Positions 10,176 to 19,565 of a stretch of DNA of 59,579 nt are shown here, piece after piece. The DNA comes from an uncultured delta proteobacterium (GTDB taxonomy: Bacteria > Desulfobacterota > RBG-13-43-22), in contig CAWDKY010000013.1 in NCBI GenBank assembly GCA_963802945.1, positions 1 to 59,579 of the forward strand, given 5' to 3'. Position 1 is the first letter of the stretch. Every line of letters begins with the position of its first letter. A program made the translations under genes and the position numbers. The notes beneath the pieces are model-generated. The model was not told the DNA's origin and searched no databases. It saw nothing but the letters and a program-made list of their open reading frames with translations.

Positions 10176-11825
10176 TCAGCTGACATATTTATTAATATAA
10201 TATTGTTGGCCTATAGAAAGGACATTATTGACCAGCCAATACAAAACCAGGCCGGCAGCAAAATTAATAAACATAAAAGTGAAAATGACCGGCATAAAAA
10301 GCATCAATTTGGCCTGGGTCGGATCTCCCGCGGTGGGGGTCATTTTCTGCTGAATAAACATCGAGGCCCCCATGAGCAAAGTTAAAACCGGAATTCCGTC
10401 ACCGACATAAGGGATCTGAACCCCGATCGGTAAGCGGTCCGGTGCTGAAAGATCGTTGATCCATAAGAGAAACGGGGCATGACGAAGTTCAATGGCATAC
10501 CCCAACAAACTATAAAGGGCAAAAAAGACCGGGATCTGGATAATCATCGGAAGACATCCGCCCATGGGGTTGACCTTGTAAGTCTTATAAAGGGCCATGG
10601 TCTCCTGATTCAGCTTTTCCCGGTTATCTTTATATTTTTCTCTTAATTTGGCGATCTTGGGCTGAAGCTTTTGCATGTCCTTCATGGACTTGTAACTCTT
10701 TTGGGTCAAAGGCCAAAAAAGGATTTTAACCAGGATGGTCAAAATAATGATCGACCAACCGTAATTATGCAGGAATCCGTTAAAAAACCGAAGGACCCAT
10801 AACAGAGGTTTGGAGATGATATCAAAAAAACCGAAATTGACCGCCTTTTCCAACTCCAGTCCCAAAGGTTGTAAGATGGTGGTATCTCTTGGCCCGAAAT
10901 ACAGGGCATATCGTATCCTTTTTTCTTCCTTGGGGGCCAAAGTCCAGGGTGAAGCCACAAAGGCCATTTTCAATAATTCCGGTTCCGGCTTGGAAACCTT
11001 GAGGCTTGCAGTCTGCTGCTCTTCCAGGGGAACGATAGCCCCCATAAAATAGGTATCTGCCAGGGCCCCCCATCGAATCTTTCCGGTGAGGACTTCTTCC
11101 TTTTCGATTTTCCTTAAGGCTGTTTCTTTATATTTCCCGTCTATGAAGCGCAACGCCCCTTTAAAGGCGGCGGATTTGTTGGATGAAGGAGGAAACTGGT
11201 TTTCCAAAACCAGGGCCAGATTGTCATCTAGGGGCTGCTTGGTGTTGTTGATCACTTGAATATCCAGATCGATCCGGTAGGAATCGTTGGACAGGGAATA
11301 GGTCTTAATGATGGAAAACCCCTGCTTCGAAGTCCAACGAAAAGACACTGTCCCCTTGGGCTGGCTGGGACTTAAACTCAAAGAGGTTTTGTCGGCAATA
11401 AATCGGGCCTGAGTGATTTCCGGTAAGGAATTTTTAATCCACTCCATTTGCAAGGGAAAAGTTGCCGGCTGATCGGACAGGATCAATTCTTTCGAGTCTT
11501 TTCCACCCAATTGTTCCTTGTAAGCAGTCAACTTAAAACTTTTTAAAGACCCACCATACTCTGAAAAAACAGCCTCAAACAGACCGGTTTTGACGGCAAT
11601 ATCCTTGGCCGGTTGTCCAGGAACAGCCTTTTTGACCGCCGGAGGGGCTGAAGTTACCGCTGCCGGGGCGGGGGAGACCGGAGAAGGGGATTCCTTTTGG
11701 GCTGTAACCTCTTTGGCCGATTTTTCCTGAGGAGGCTTTTTAGGCTCTGAAGGAGCGAAGAAGAGAAAATAGACGGCAAAGACCGCCATGGATAAGACAA
11801 AAGCCAGAATTGCATTTTTTTCCAT
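10176..11825 (-). CDS. yidC: Membrane protein insertase YidC
   Basis: N-terminal TM, periplasmic domain, NYGWSII, NPMGGCLP..IQIPVFFALY, WINDLSAPD, GLVLYW. Confidence 0.97.
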   Translation of the reverse strand: MEKNAILAFVLSMAVFAVYFLFFAPSEPKKPPQEKSAKEVTAQKESPSPVSPAPAAVTSAPPAVKKAVPGQPAKDIAVKTGLFEAVFSEYGGSLKSFKLTAYKEQLGGKDSKELILSDQPATFPLQMEWIKNSLPEITQARFIADKTSLSLSPSQPKGTVSFRWTSKQGFSIIKTYSLSNDSYRIDLDIQVINNTKQPLDDNLALVLENQFPPSSNKSAAFKGALRFIDGKYKETALRKIEKEEVLTGKIRWGALADTYFMGAIVPLEEQQTASLKVSKPEPELLKMAFVASPWTLAPKEEKRIRYALYFGPRDTTILQPLGLELEKAVNFGFFDIISKPLLWVLRFFNGFLHNYGWSIIILTILVKILFWPLTQKSYKSMKDMQKLQPKIAKLREKYKDNREKLNQETMALYKTYKVNPMGGCLPMIIQIPVFFALYSLLGYAIELRHAPFLLWINDLSAPDRLPIGVQIPYVGDGIPVLTLLMGASMFIQQKMTPTAGDPTQAKLMLFMPVIFTFMFINFAAGLVLYWLVNNVLSIGQQYYINKYVS

Positions 11826-11855
11826 AACTACTCCAAAAACTGATGGGAACCACGC

Positions 11856-12089
11856 CTATGGTAAAGGGTCCATCCCTCCTATACAGAAGGGATGACACCG
11901 CCCTATTCTTTTAAAGGATAAAATCAATCCCTTGATTAACCCATATGTTTGAATAGCCTGAAAGGAATATTCAGAACAGGAAGGGTAAAACCGGCAGGAA
12001 GACGGAAAAAGGGGGGATAGGACTTTTTGATACACCCGTATCCCTAATAAAAAAAATCCCTGGAGGCCATGGGTCATAAGTCCCATCAA
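11856..12089 (-). CDS. yidD: Membrane protein insertion efficiency factor YidD
   Basis: SCRFYPSCSEY..RIGRCHPFCIGGMDPLP. Confidence 0.95.
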   Translation of the reverse strand: MMGLMTHGLQGFFLLGIRVYQKVLSPLFPSSCRFYPSCSEYSFQAIQTYGLIKGLILSFKRIGRCHPFCIGGMDPLP

Positions 12090-12418
12090 ACCAGCAGGGG
12101 GCTTAACTCTTCGAAAACCTGACGATACGTTAATGGGTCTGATCCTTTTAAAGCAATGATAATGATATCCCGGGAAGGGGGCAGTTTATCTTTAGACCTT
12201 CTGAAAAATTCTCTTAAAAGACGCTTGATCCGATTCCGCTGGACAGCTCCCCCTATGTTTTTCCCGACCGTCAAACCCAAACGCGTTTTGCCTAAATGGT
12301 TGGGCTTAATAATCACTAAAAAATGGGGGAAGGCCCTTTTATTGACGGTTGAGGATTTCCGAATGAAATCGTTCCGTTTCAGGATCTTTTCTTCTTTGGT
12401 CAAAGAAAGAGGTTTCAT
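12086..12418 (-). CDS. rnpA: Ribonuclease P protein component
   Basis: RLGLTVGKNIGGAVQRNRIKRLLRE (RNR motif); lies between rpmH and yidD. Confidence 0.95.
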   Translation of the reverse strand: MKPLSLTKEEKILKRNDFIRKSSTVNKRAFPHFLVIIKPNHLGKTRLGLTVGKNIGGAVQRNRIKRLLREFFRRSKDKLPPSRDIIIIALKGSDPLTYRQVFEELSPLLV

Positions 12419-12448
12419 CCGCTATGTGAAAGGGAATAGGCTTGTCTT

Positions 12449-12583
12449 TTAGACCGAAAGCCTTTTTCTTCCCTTGGCCCGCCTTCTGCTGATCACCTTT
12501 CGTCCGCCGGCAGTGCTCATCCGGACTAAAAATCCATGAGTTCTGGACCGTTTCAGGTTGCTGGGTTGAAATGTTCTTTTCAT
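12449..12583 (-). CDS. rpmH: 50S ribosomal protein L34 (absent from the ORF track)
   Basis: Manual translation [44 protein letters not shown], 44 aa. Confidence 0.97.
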   Translation of the reverse strand: MKRTFQPSNLKRSRTHGFLVRMSTAGGRKVISRRRAKGRKRLSV

Positions 12584-12773
12584 GAAACATCATCCTCTCA
12601 AATTTAACATAAACTTAATTTAAACCATAGGTTGTATTTAAAGTCAAGGTTTATTTGAATTTCTAGTTAGTATGTATTTTAATAAAAGTTTAATCGGTTC
12701 ATTAAAAAATAATTTTCCCCCTCCCTTTTGCACCTTTTGCCTCGAACCTTGGACCTATTTTTTGCCCCATCAG

Positions 12774-12806
12774 CTTCTTGCCTCACGCCTCTCGCCTCAT
12801 GCCTCG
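12774..12806 (+). repeat. Heptamer tandem array (CCTCNNG)
   Basis: CTTCTTG CCTCACG CCTCTCG CCTCATG CCTCG, overlapping the 3' end of the 4Fe-4S gene. Confidence 0.55.
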
Positions 12807-13894
12807 TTCCTTTTGTCTTGACTTACCCCCCTTTTCCCCTTTAATACGGCCAGCCCGAGTTCCAAGGTGTTCTTAAAAGGTTCTTGCCGGTCTGTTCTAA
12901 GATGCAAATGGATGGCTTCACTTGGGCAGACACCGGCACATAAACCGCATCCCAAACATCTATCCCGGTTGACCATCGCGGTTTCATCAACAATGATGGC
13001 CTTAACCGGGCATCGATTACCGCACTCTTCACAGGCTACACAGACCTCTGCATCGACCACGGCCTCATACAAGGCATTCATGTATTTTTCTTTATCCTGG
13101 CCCTTGGCGACCATCCCTTTCATCGAAGCGCAGCAGCAAGGGCAGCAATTGCAGATATTGGAAAGATGTTCGGTATTCGCCCCGGCATGAACCAGCCCGG
13201 CCCGGTCGGCTTCTTCGAGAATCCTGATGGCTTCATCGGCCTTGATTTCCCGGCCTATACCGTTTTCAATATAGTATTCGGCGGCAACCCCAAAGCTTAA
13301 ACAGGTTTCCCGGGGATAGTCACAGCCGTGTTGCATAAGGCGAGTCTCTTTTCGGCATACACATTCGGCCACCGATATCTTTCTAGCCGCCCGAACTTCC
13401 GCCTTAAGTTTTTCAAAGGGAAAAAGGACCAGATCGGCGTCCACTTTTTGGGTAACCGGGATGACCTTGAAGCCGGGTACATTGCCTGCCCCCATTTCAT
13501 CCTGATAGGCCTCATCATAATATTGGCGGCAAAATTCGGCCAATTCCCGGTCCATTTTTTCCACCGAATATTCATATAAACCGATCATGAACGGGGCGGT
13601 ATTGTAAAGCGTTTTCCCCTGACGACGAATCCTGAAAATGAGCCCTTTTTTTGACATGGATTCGAGTTTTTCTTCCAATCCTTCCAGGTCAATCGCGTTC
13701 CTCTCGGCAATCTGTCGGGCCTCTTCGGGACCCGGGGTTAAAAGCACGGCCAGTTCCGCCTCGTCCTCTGAAAAAAGTTTTTTTAGAATTTTTAACTCCA
13801 CGCCGGACTCGGTCTTCGGATATCCAAGCGGCAACTGATCGAGAAATTCTCTTAATTTTATATACGGATCACTAGGGATAATCATTCCCTCCAT
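12797..13894 (-). CDS. Multi-iron-sulfur protein (N-terminal HTH-like region, ICNCCxCCC motif, C-terminal 2x[4Fe-4S] ferredoxin domain)
   Basis: ECVCRK, ETCLSFG, ICNCCPCCC, CVACEECGNRCP, CLGCGLCAGVCP. Confidence 0.85.
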   Translation of the reverse strand: MEGMIIPSDPYIKLREFLDQLPLGYPKTESGVELKILKKLFSEDEAELAVLLTPGPEEARQIAERNAIDLEGLEEKLESMSKKGLIFRIRRQGKTLYNTAPFMIGLYEYSVEKMDRELAEFCRQYYDEAYQDEMGAGNVPGFKVIPVTQKVDADLVLFPFEKLKAEVRAARKISVAECVCRKETRLMQHGCDYPRETCLSFGVAAEYYIENGIGREIKADEAIRILEEADRAGLVHAGANTEHLSNICNCCPCCCASMKGMVAKGQDKEKYMNALYEAVVDAEVCVACEECGNRCPVKAIIVDETAMVNRDRCLGCGLCAGVCPSEAIHLHLRTDRQEPFKNTLELGLAVLKGKRGVSQDKRNEA

Positions 13895-14586
13895 GCAAAG
13901 ACAACGACGAGTCTCAAAAATTTATGAGAAGCTCGTGTAAGGTGGCGACTTTCTATTCTGAAGGATAGGCTTCTTAATTAAAAGAGTATAAAAAAAGTCG
14001 AAAGGGTGGTCAAGGAGAAAAAAGGAAATGGGAGATGAGGACGTTGTAGCCTGCTTTGCGTTTTGATTGACTTCTCGCTATGAGTCAAGATAAATTCTGT
14101 TTATGCTTCGTCAGTCTCAATTAGAGAAAACGGGTCAAGTCTGCTCTTGACTCTTGTTGACAATTTGGACCCCACCTCCTTTATCCTATAATCTACGAAC
14201 TCACAACTCCGAACTTATTTCCTTTAAGCTAATTTAAATTTAGAGCTTGTTCGAAGAACTAGGGACAACCGTGCCTAATTATTAAGGACAAAAAAGAGAC
14301 TGTGAGGTTGGAGATTCTTACGAACTATGGGCATAGCCCGCTTAGTAGCAGAAGGATTCTACCTTCTCACCCTACGGGGTAATTATGGTCAAACGGTATT
14401 TGAGACTGGTGAGGATTCCCTGCAAAGAAAAAAAATAACCAAGCGCCACACATAGATAACTGTATTAATTTACTGTTAAATATCAATTTTTCTTTAAATA
14501 GATTTTAACATTATCCAATTATCTAACGGAAAAGCGGTTGGGATCCACAATAGGATGTTTAAGCCTCAACTTTTTAACAAATCAAC

Positions 14587-15438
14587 TTATCTCGGCATCA
14601 TTAGATCGACAATGCGGATCAATTCTTCCTCGGAATGAAAATGGATTTCCAATATCCCCCCCTTCTTTTTCCTTTTCAGCCTGATTCGGGTTTTATATTT
14701 CCGAACCATCTCCTTAACCCAATCTTCTTCATGGGGAACAGCCTTGGAACCCTTTTTGGCCGGAACCGCTCCCAGCTTTTTTATTATCCTATCTAAATCT
14801 CTAACAGAAATTTCCTTTTCAACAACCTCTTTGGCCAGTTTGACTTGGTCTCGGTCCGATCCCAGACTTAGTAGACACTTAGCATGACCAAAAGAGATTG
14901 CCCCTTCGGCTATCTTTTCCTGAATCCAGGAAGGCAATTTTAATAAACGTAAAAAATTGGCAATAGAAGAACGATCTTTGCCTACCCGGCGGCCGACCTC
15001 TTCTTGAGAAATATTAAATTCCTGGATCAGCCTCTGATAAGCTTCAGCCTCTTCCATGGCATTTAAGTTCTGCCGTTGGAGATTTTCTATCAGGGCCAGT
15101 TCCAATTGGGAAGGCGGCTCAGCCTCGCGGATCAACACCGGGATCTCGGTCACGCCGGCCTTCTGAGCCGCACGCCATCTCCTTTCACCGGCGATTAATT
15201 CATACCCGTCAACAGCTTTCCTGACCAACAAGGGCTGGATTATTCCTTTTTCTTTAATGGATTCAGCTAATTGATCTATGTCCGCATCTTTGACTTTTTT
15301 GCGCGGCTGAAATGGATTGGGTCGAACCTCTTCTATGCCCACAAACAAAAAGGACCGGTTTTCTAGTTTGGGTGTCTCCACGGATGGAAACAAAGCTCCC
15401 AGGCCCCGTCCCAATCCTTTTTTTTTAATAGGTTGCAT
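14587..15438 (-). CDS. parB: Chromosome partitioning protein ParB
   Basis: KGLGRGLGAL, PNPFQPRK, IAGERRWRAAQ, ALIENLQR, HTH; GGAG upstream of the ATG at 15438. Confidence 0.97.
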   Translation of the reverse strand: MQPIKKKGLGRGLGALFPSVETPKLENRSFLFVGIEEVRPNPFQPRKKVKDADIDQLAESIKEKGIIQPLLVRKAVDGYELIAGERRWRAAQKAGVTEIPVLIREAEPPSQLELALIENLQRQNLNAMEEAEAYQRLIQEFNISQEEVGRRVGKDRSSIANFLRLLKLPSWIQEKIAEGAISFGHAKCLLSLGSDRDQVKLAKEVVEKEISVRDLDRIIKKLGAVPAKKGSKAVPHEEDWVKEMVRKYKTRIRLKRKKKGGILEIHFHSEEELIRIVDLMMPR

Positions 15439-16219
15439 TTTTATTTCTCCCATCATGTTTCTCCCTTACCAATATTTCTTCAGCTAAATCCATATAGCTT
15501 TGAGCACCTTTGGATTGAGGGTCATAGAGCAGGACAGGCAGCCCATGGCTTGGGCTTTCGCTGATTCGAACATTTCTCGGGATAACGGTTTTAAAAACAA
15601 GTTCTTTCAGATGGGTCCGGACCTCATTTTCCACCTGGTAAGACAGGTTGTTACGAACATCAAACATGGTCAGTAAAATTCCTTCCACATAAAGCGAAGG
15701 GTTCAAGCCTCCCTGAACGATTTGAATGGTATTAAGAAGTTTGCCCAATCCCTCCAGGGCATAATACTCGCATTGAGTTGGAACAATAATGGTCTGGGCC
15801 GCAGTCAGGGCATTAATGGTAAGCAACCCCAAGGACGGAGGACAATCTAGGAGAATATAATCGAATTCTGGAATTAACGGCCCGATTTTTCTCTTGAGTA
15901 CCTGTTCGCGTTGGGGCAAAGGAACCAGCTCAATATCCGCACCGACCAGGTCCATATCGGAAGGAATTATTTTTAATAAGGGGATGTCAGTTGACAACAC
16001 CAGGCTTGCCGGTTCGAGTTGATCGATCAAAAGGTGATAGATGGAATACTCAAATGGTTTTTTATTGGCCCCAACCCCGCTGGTGGCATTCCCCTGAGGG
16101 TCAAAGTCAATAACCAAGGTCCTTTTCTCCAAAAGGGCCAAGGATGCAGCCAGATTAATGACCGTGGCAGTTTTACCCACTCCTCCTTTTTGATTAACCA
16201 CAGCAATGATTTTTCCCAT
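15425..16219 (-). CDS. parA: Chromosome partitioning ATPase ParA/Soj
   Basis: NQKGGVGKT deviant Walker A, DPQGNAT, DCPPSLG, QCEYYALEG, IPRNVRISESPS. Confidence 0.97.
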   Translation of the reverse strand: MGKIIAVVNQKGGVGKTATVINLAASLALLEKRTLVIDFDPQGNATSGVGANKKPFEYSIYHLLIDQLEPASLVLSTDIPLLKIIPSDMDLVGADIELVPLPQREQVLKRKIGPLIPEFDYILLDCPPSLGLLTINALTAAQTIIVPTQCEYYALEGLGKLLNTIQIVQGGLNPSLYVEGILLTMFDVRNNLSYQVENEVRTHLKELVFKTVIPRNVRISESPSHGLPVLLYDPQSKGAQSYMDLAEEILVREKHDGRNKNATY

Positions 16220-16288
16220 TAAACCCTCTTAAAAACAAGAATGTCCCCCACTATTACACAAAAAAAATCTTTTGAAAAGATTTTTAAG

Positions 16289-16304
16289 TGTTCCACGTGG
16301 AACA
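16289..16304. promoter_or_regulatory. parS centromere-like site
   Basis: Perfect palindrome TGTTCCACGTGGAACA matching the chromosomal parS consensus, 70 bp upstream of parA. Confidence 0.92.
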
Positions 16305-16396
16305 TTATTATAACCCTCAAATCCCTCTTGCCAGAGGAAAGACCTTTACCTTTAAAAAAACATCATAGCTCTTGGAAAAATAGAAATTAGATAATT

Positions 16397-16566
16397 TTGA
16401 TGGAATCGTAAAAAGTCCATCAACAGGCCGAAGGCGATTAAGTCCCTGACCAGGATGGTGGAAGCAATAAGAAAAATAAATATTATAAAATCAATTTGTT
16501 ATAAAATTTTGATTGCTTTGTTTCACTCGGAACTATGCTATTAGGGACTTTTTTCAGAATCAACAA
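16397..16566. mobile_element. Possible degenerate MITE / IS-end remnant
   Basis: Imperfect terminal inverted repeats TTGATGGAATCGTAAAAAGTCC and GGACTTTTTTCAGAATCAACAA; internal IHF-consensus match AATCAATTTGTTA at 16489-16501. Confidence 0.35.
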
Positions 16567-16654
16567 TTTTAAACCATAACAGGAGAGCGAACGGCCCCAT
16601 AATCAATTTTATCATTAAATATCAATTAGTTATTATTAATTCTTTTCGTCTTTT

Positions 16655-17813
16655 CTATGGGCTCTTGAATCGCAGCCGTAAAAATCTGGGGTGATAGAAA
16701 CGCGCATCCGATTCTATCAGGGTCGGGTCTATTGAATTGGTTGTATAGGTAACGATGAGCTCTTCTGGAGAGCCTGAGAGACTCAGGATGCCCTTTGGCC
16801 GCATAACAGAAAATTCGCGATTCCCACTCCGCCTCGGGACATCGGTAAAACCGTATCGGCTCGCCCCATGGGCCTTGGAGCTCAGGAGCCAGACGGAAGA
16901 CCATATAATCGGAAAAACTATCCTGGGTGTAGAGCATCAGGTATTGGTTGATGGCCCGCTGAAAAGATACGGAGAATTCATTGGCCACATTCTCGCCCAG
17001 GCGGCTGGCGCGCTCAACCTCCGGCACCCATCCCCCGTTGGCATAGAAACGCCACTGATTGAAATCCATGATTCGGGTCGCCGGCACTCTGGCCAGGATC
17101 AAGTGCTTTCGCCTCCCCTCCCCGGCGGTTTCATCGACGGTGCCAAAGATATAGCAATCCTCACCCTTAAGCAGGACCGCGGAGCCGAATAACCTGTTTT
17201 TGTTAGACCAGGGAAGCTTCTGTTGGTGAAACAGCCAGCGATCGGGGGTATCGTCCGGGTTGCTAACTATGCCCAGCCAAGTGGCGACGGTCCTGAAATC
17301 GAAGCCTGGCGGCCCATCATTACGTTCTAGCTGAATCAGGAAAAGAAAAAGCCCATCTTTTGACCGCACCCCATGATAGGGCCAGAACCAGCCAACCCCG
17401 TCCGCCGGCTGCAGGAAAGCCCCGGGTGTACCCTGGGTTGTCCGGCCGTATAAAAAACCAATGGCGGACTGTGACGGTTCCTTGCCGGTCTGCACGGCGA
17501 TGGTGTTGTTGACCAGAACGGCGTTGATGTGTCGCCCGTCTTTGACCTCACCGATGAACGTGTCGCCGAAGAGCCATAAAATCCGATTGGAATCAAGCCC
17601 AACAGAGAAAACACCGTCCCCGCCGGTCCAGCCTTCGCTGCGTATAAAAAGGGCTTCCTGGCGGGGCAGTGATTCAACCGTAAACTGCGGCAGGTGATGC
17701 TGGCAGGCTGAGGACAGCAGGAATAAAAGGACAATAACCAGACGAGAGACAGGTATCCGACCGATCTTGGTACGAGGATAAAAACTAATTTTTTTTAAGA
17801 TCTCTCCAAGCAT
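16655..17813 (-). CDS. DUF4185/DUF5005-like beta-propeller lipoprotein (apparent frameshift near 16782; corrected stop at 16655)
   Basis: Lipobox LLSSAC; GWTGGDG..LWLFGDTF; ANEFSV; GPWG..CYAAKGHPE; shifted frame continues LSGSPEELIVTYTTN..FYHPRFLRL. Confidence 0.7.
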
Positions 17814-17934
17814 TTTTTACCTCCAATCTGTTGTCGGCTGTAACGGCCTATATCGACGCGCTGTTTATCAAAAAAATTCCACAGCCTCTGAATCAACCCG
17901 GAGATCAGCCAACCAGCCAGTTATTTATTCGCTT

Positions 17935-17973
17935 TTTCTCCTTGATTCCTCATCATGTCTATTTTATATTCTT
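17935..17973 (+). repeat. 39-bp direct repeat, copy 1 (contains TTGATT-17bp-TATATT promoter)
   Basis: TTTCTCCTTGATTCCTCAT-catgt-CTATTTTATATTCTT; 34 of 39 nt identical to 36276-36314. Confidence 0.85.
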
Positions 17974-18051
17974 TTCATTAAAAAGAAAATAGGCTGGAAT
18001 GACTCAAACTGGATTTATTTTTTCGAGTTTTTTCATTAAGGAGGTGCTTAA

Positions 18052-18459
18052 ATGCAATTAAAATCCGTTGATCAAATCAGTTACGCTGTTCAGGATATTG
18101 ATGCGGTCATTGAAAAATGGTCGGCCCTGTATGGTATGGGACCCTGGACCTTCATAGAAAACGGCGGCACTGATGGCAAGGGGCGGCCCTGGAAAATAAG
18201 GATGGCCTTCACTTATGTCGGGCCGGTGCAGATCGAACTGGTTCAATGTACGGAAGGAAGAATTTTTCAGTCCAAATTTCTCGACAAATGGGGAGAGGGG
18301 CTTCATCACTTAGGCTTCTATGTTGACAATGTTGACGCAGAAGCGAAAAAACTGATTGAAAAAGGGGCCAAGCTTCTGATCCATGACCCGGGGAATTTTG
18401 CCTACCTCGATGCAGGCGGTCCCGGAGGAGCTATTTTTGAACTGATGAGAAAGTCTTAG
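18052..18459 (+). CDS. VOC family protein (methylmalonyl-CoA epimerase/glyoxalase-like)
   Basis: DQISYAVQD, QIELVQ, GEGLHHLGFYVD, IFELM; RBS AAGGAGG. Confidence 0.85.
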   Translation: MQLKSVDQISYAVQDIDAVIEKWSALYGMGPWTFIENGGTDGKGRPWKIRMAFTYVGPVQIELVQCTEGRIFQSKFLDKWGEGLHHLGFYVDNVDAEAKKLIEKGAKLLIHDPGNFAYLDAGGPGGAIFELMRKS

Positions 18460-18525
18460 AAAAATTTTTTGACTGGGCTTTCGACTTATATCTATTAACA
18501 AATTATTTAATCAGGAAGTTTCCCT

Positions 18526-19317
18526 ATGCTCCCAAAGGAATATGATATTGAAGGAAAGGTTGTTTTTATCACCGGGGCTGGCCGCGGCATCGGTAAGGGG
18601 ATAGCCCAGGTTCTGGCCGAAGCCGGGGCTGATATTGCCCTTAATGCACTTACCGATCATTATGTCATAAAGACCGCCGGAGATATTGCCCAAGCAAGCG
18701 GTCGTAGGGTAATGCCGATCATGGCCGATGTGACCAAATCCGATGAGGTACAACGGGCGATGGATACGGTGTTGAAGGAGTTCGGACGTATTGACGTCCT
18801 AATCAACAACCTAGGGGATGCCATTCGAAAACCGCTGGTCAAGCTGCCGGATAAAAAGGGAGAAAACGCCTCGGATGCCGATATAAAGAAGATACTGGAT
18901 CTCAACCTTATGGGCGCCATCCTCTGCACTCGGGCCATTGGGCCGCATATGCTTGAACGCCGAAGCGGCAAGATCATTAATATTTCCTCGTTCACCGCAG
19001 GGAAAGGGGGGAAGGAAATCGTTCTTTACTCCCTGGCCAAAGCTGCGGTTGTGGGGTTTACCCGCAGCCAGGCCTTGGAATGGGCCCCTTATAATATTCA
19101 GATCAATTCGATCGCCCCCGGTTTTTTTCCCGAACCGCTGAATATAGTCAATGAAGAAACAGCAAAAGCAATGGCCTCTTACATTGCTAAAAGGACTCCT
19201 CTGGGCAGGGCCGGCCGATTGCGGGAAGCAGGTCTGCTGGCCCTCTATCTGGCCTCCTCGGCTTCCGATTACATGACCGGCCAAACCCTTTATCTCGACG
19301 GTGGGCTGAGCTTGTAA
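18526..19317 (+). CDS. Short-chain dehydrogenase/reductase
   Basis: TGAGRGIG, INISS, YSLAK, NSIAPG, DYMTGQTLYLDGG. Confidence 0.92.
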   Translation: MLPKEYDIEGKVVFITGAGRGIGKGIAQVLAEAGADIALNALTDHYVIKTAGDIAQASGRRVMPIMADVTKSDEVQRAMDTVLKEFGRIDVLINNLGDAIRKPLVKLPDKKGENASDADIKKILDLNLMGAILCTRAIGPHMLERRSGKIINISSFTAGKGGKEIVLYSLAKAAVVGFTRSQALEWAPYNIQINSIAPGFFPEPLNIVNEETAKAMASYIAKRTPLGRAGRLREAGLLALYLASSASDYMTGQTLYLDGGLSL

Positions 19318-19396
19318 TTGAAGCTCTCTGCACCAGGCGCAGGGAATCTTCCATGCCAGGGCATTGTCTATTTTTTGGTGTTCGCTAACCCACGCA

Positions 19397-19415
19397 GTCA
19401 CGCCTGTGGCGTGAC
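19397..19415. repeat. Palindromic hairpin (terminator or IS200/IS605-end-like element)
   Basis: GTCACGCC-TGT-GGCGTGAC followed by GGGGAATGCGCTCGC. Confidence 0.4.
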
Positions 19416-19565
19416 GGGGAATGCGCTCGCCGACCAACGAAGGGAATTACACCGAACCCCTTGAACATTTTAAAGATAGATATTTCCGGAATTTTTAGCT
19501 GATCCCTATCTGGAAAAAATATTCACAGCTTGAACCCAATCTTATAACCTAGAAAGGCCTACACC

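Noticed and set aside
14450-14586. oriC downstream of parB
   Set aside because: Only weak DnaA-box-like matches (TTATCCAAT, GGATCCACA); the region before dnaN fits better. Not fully excluded.
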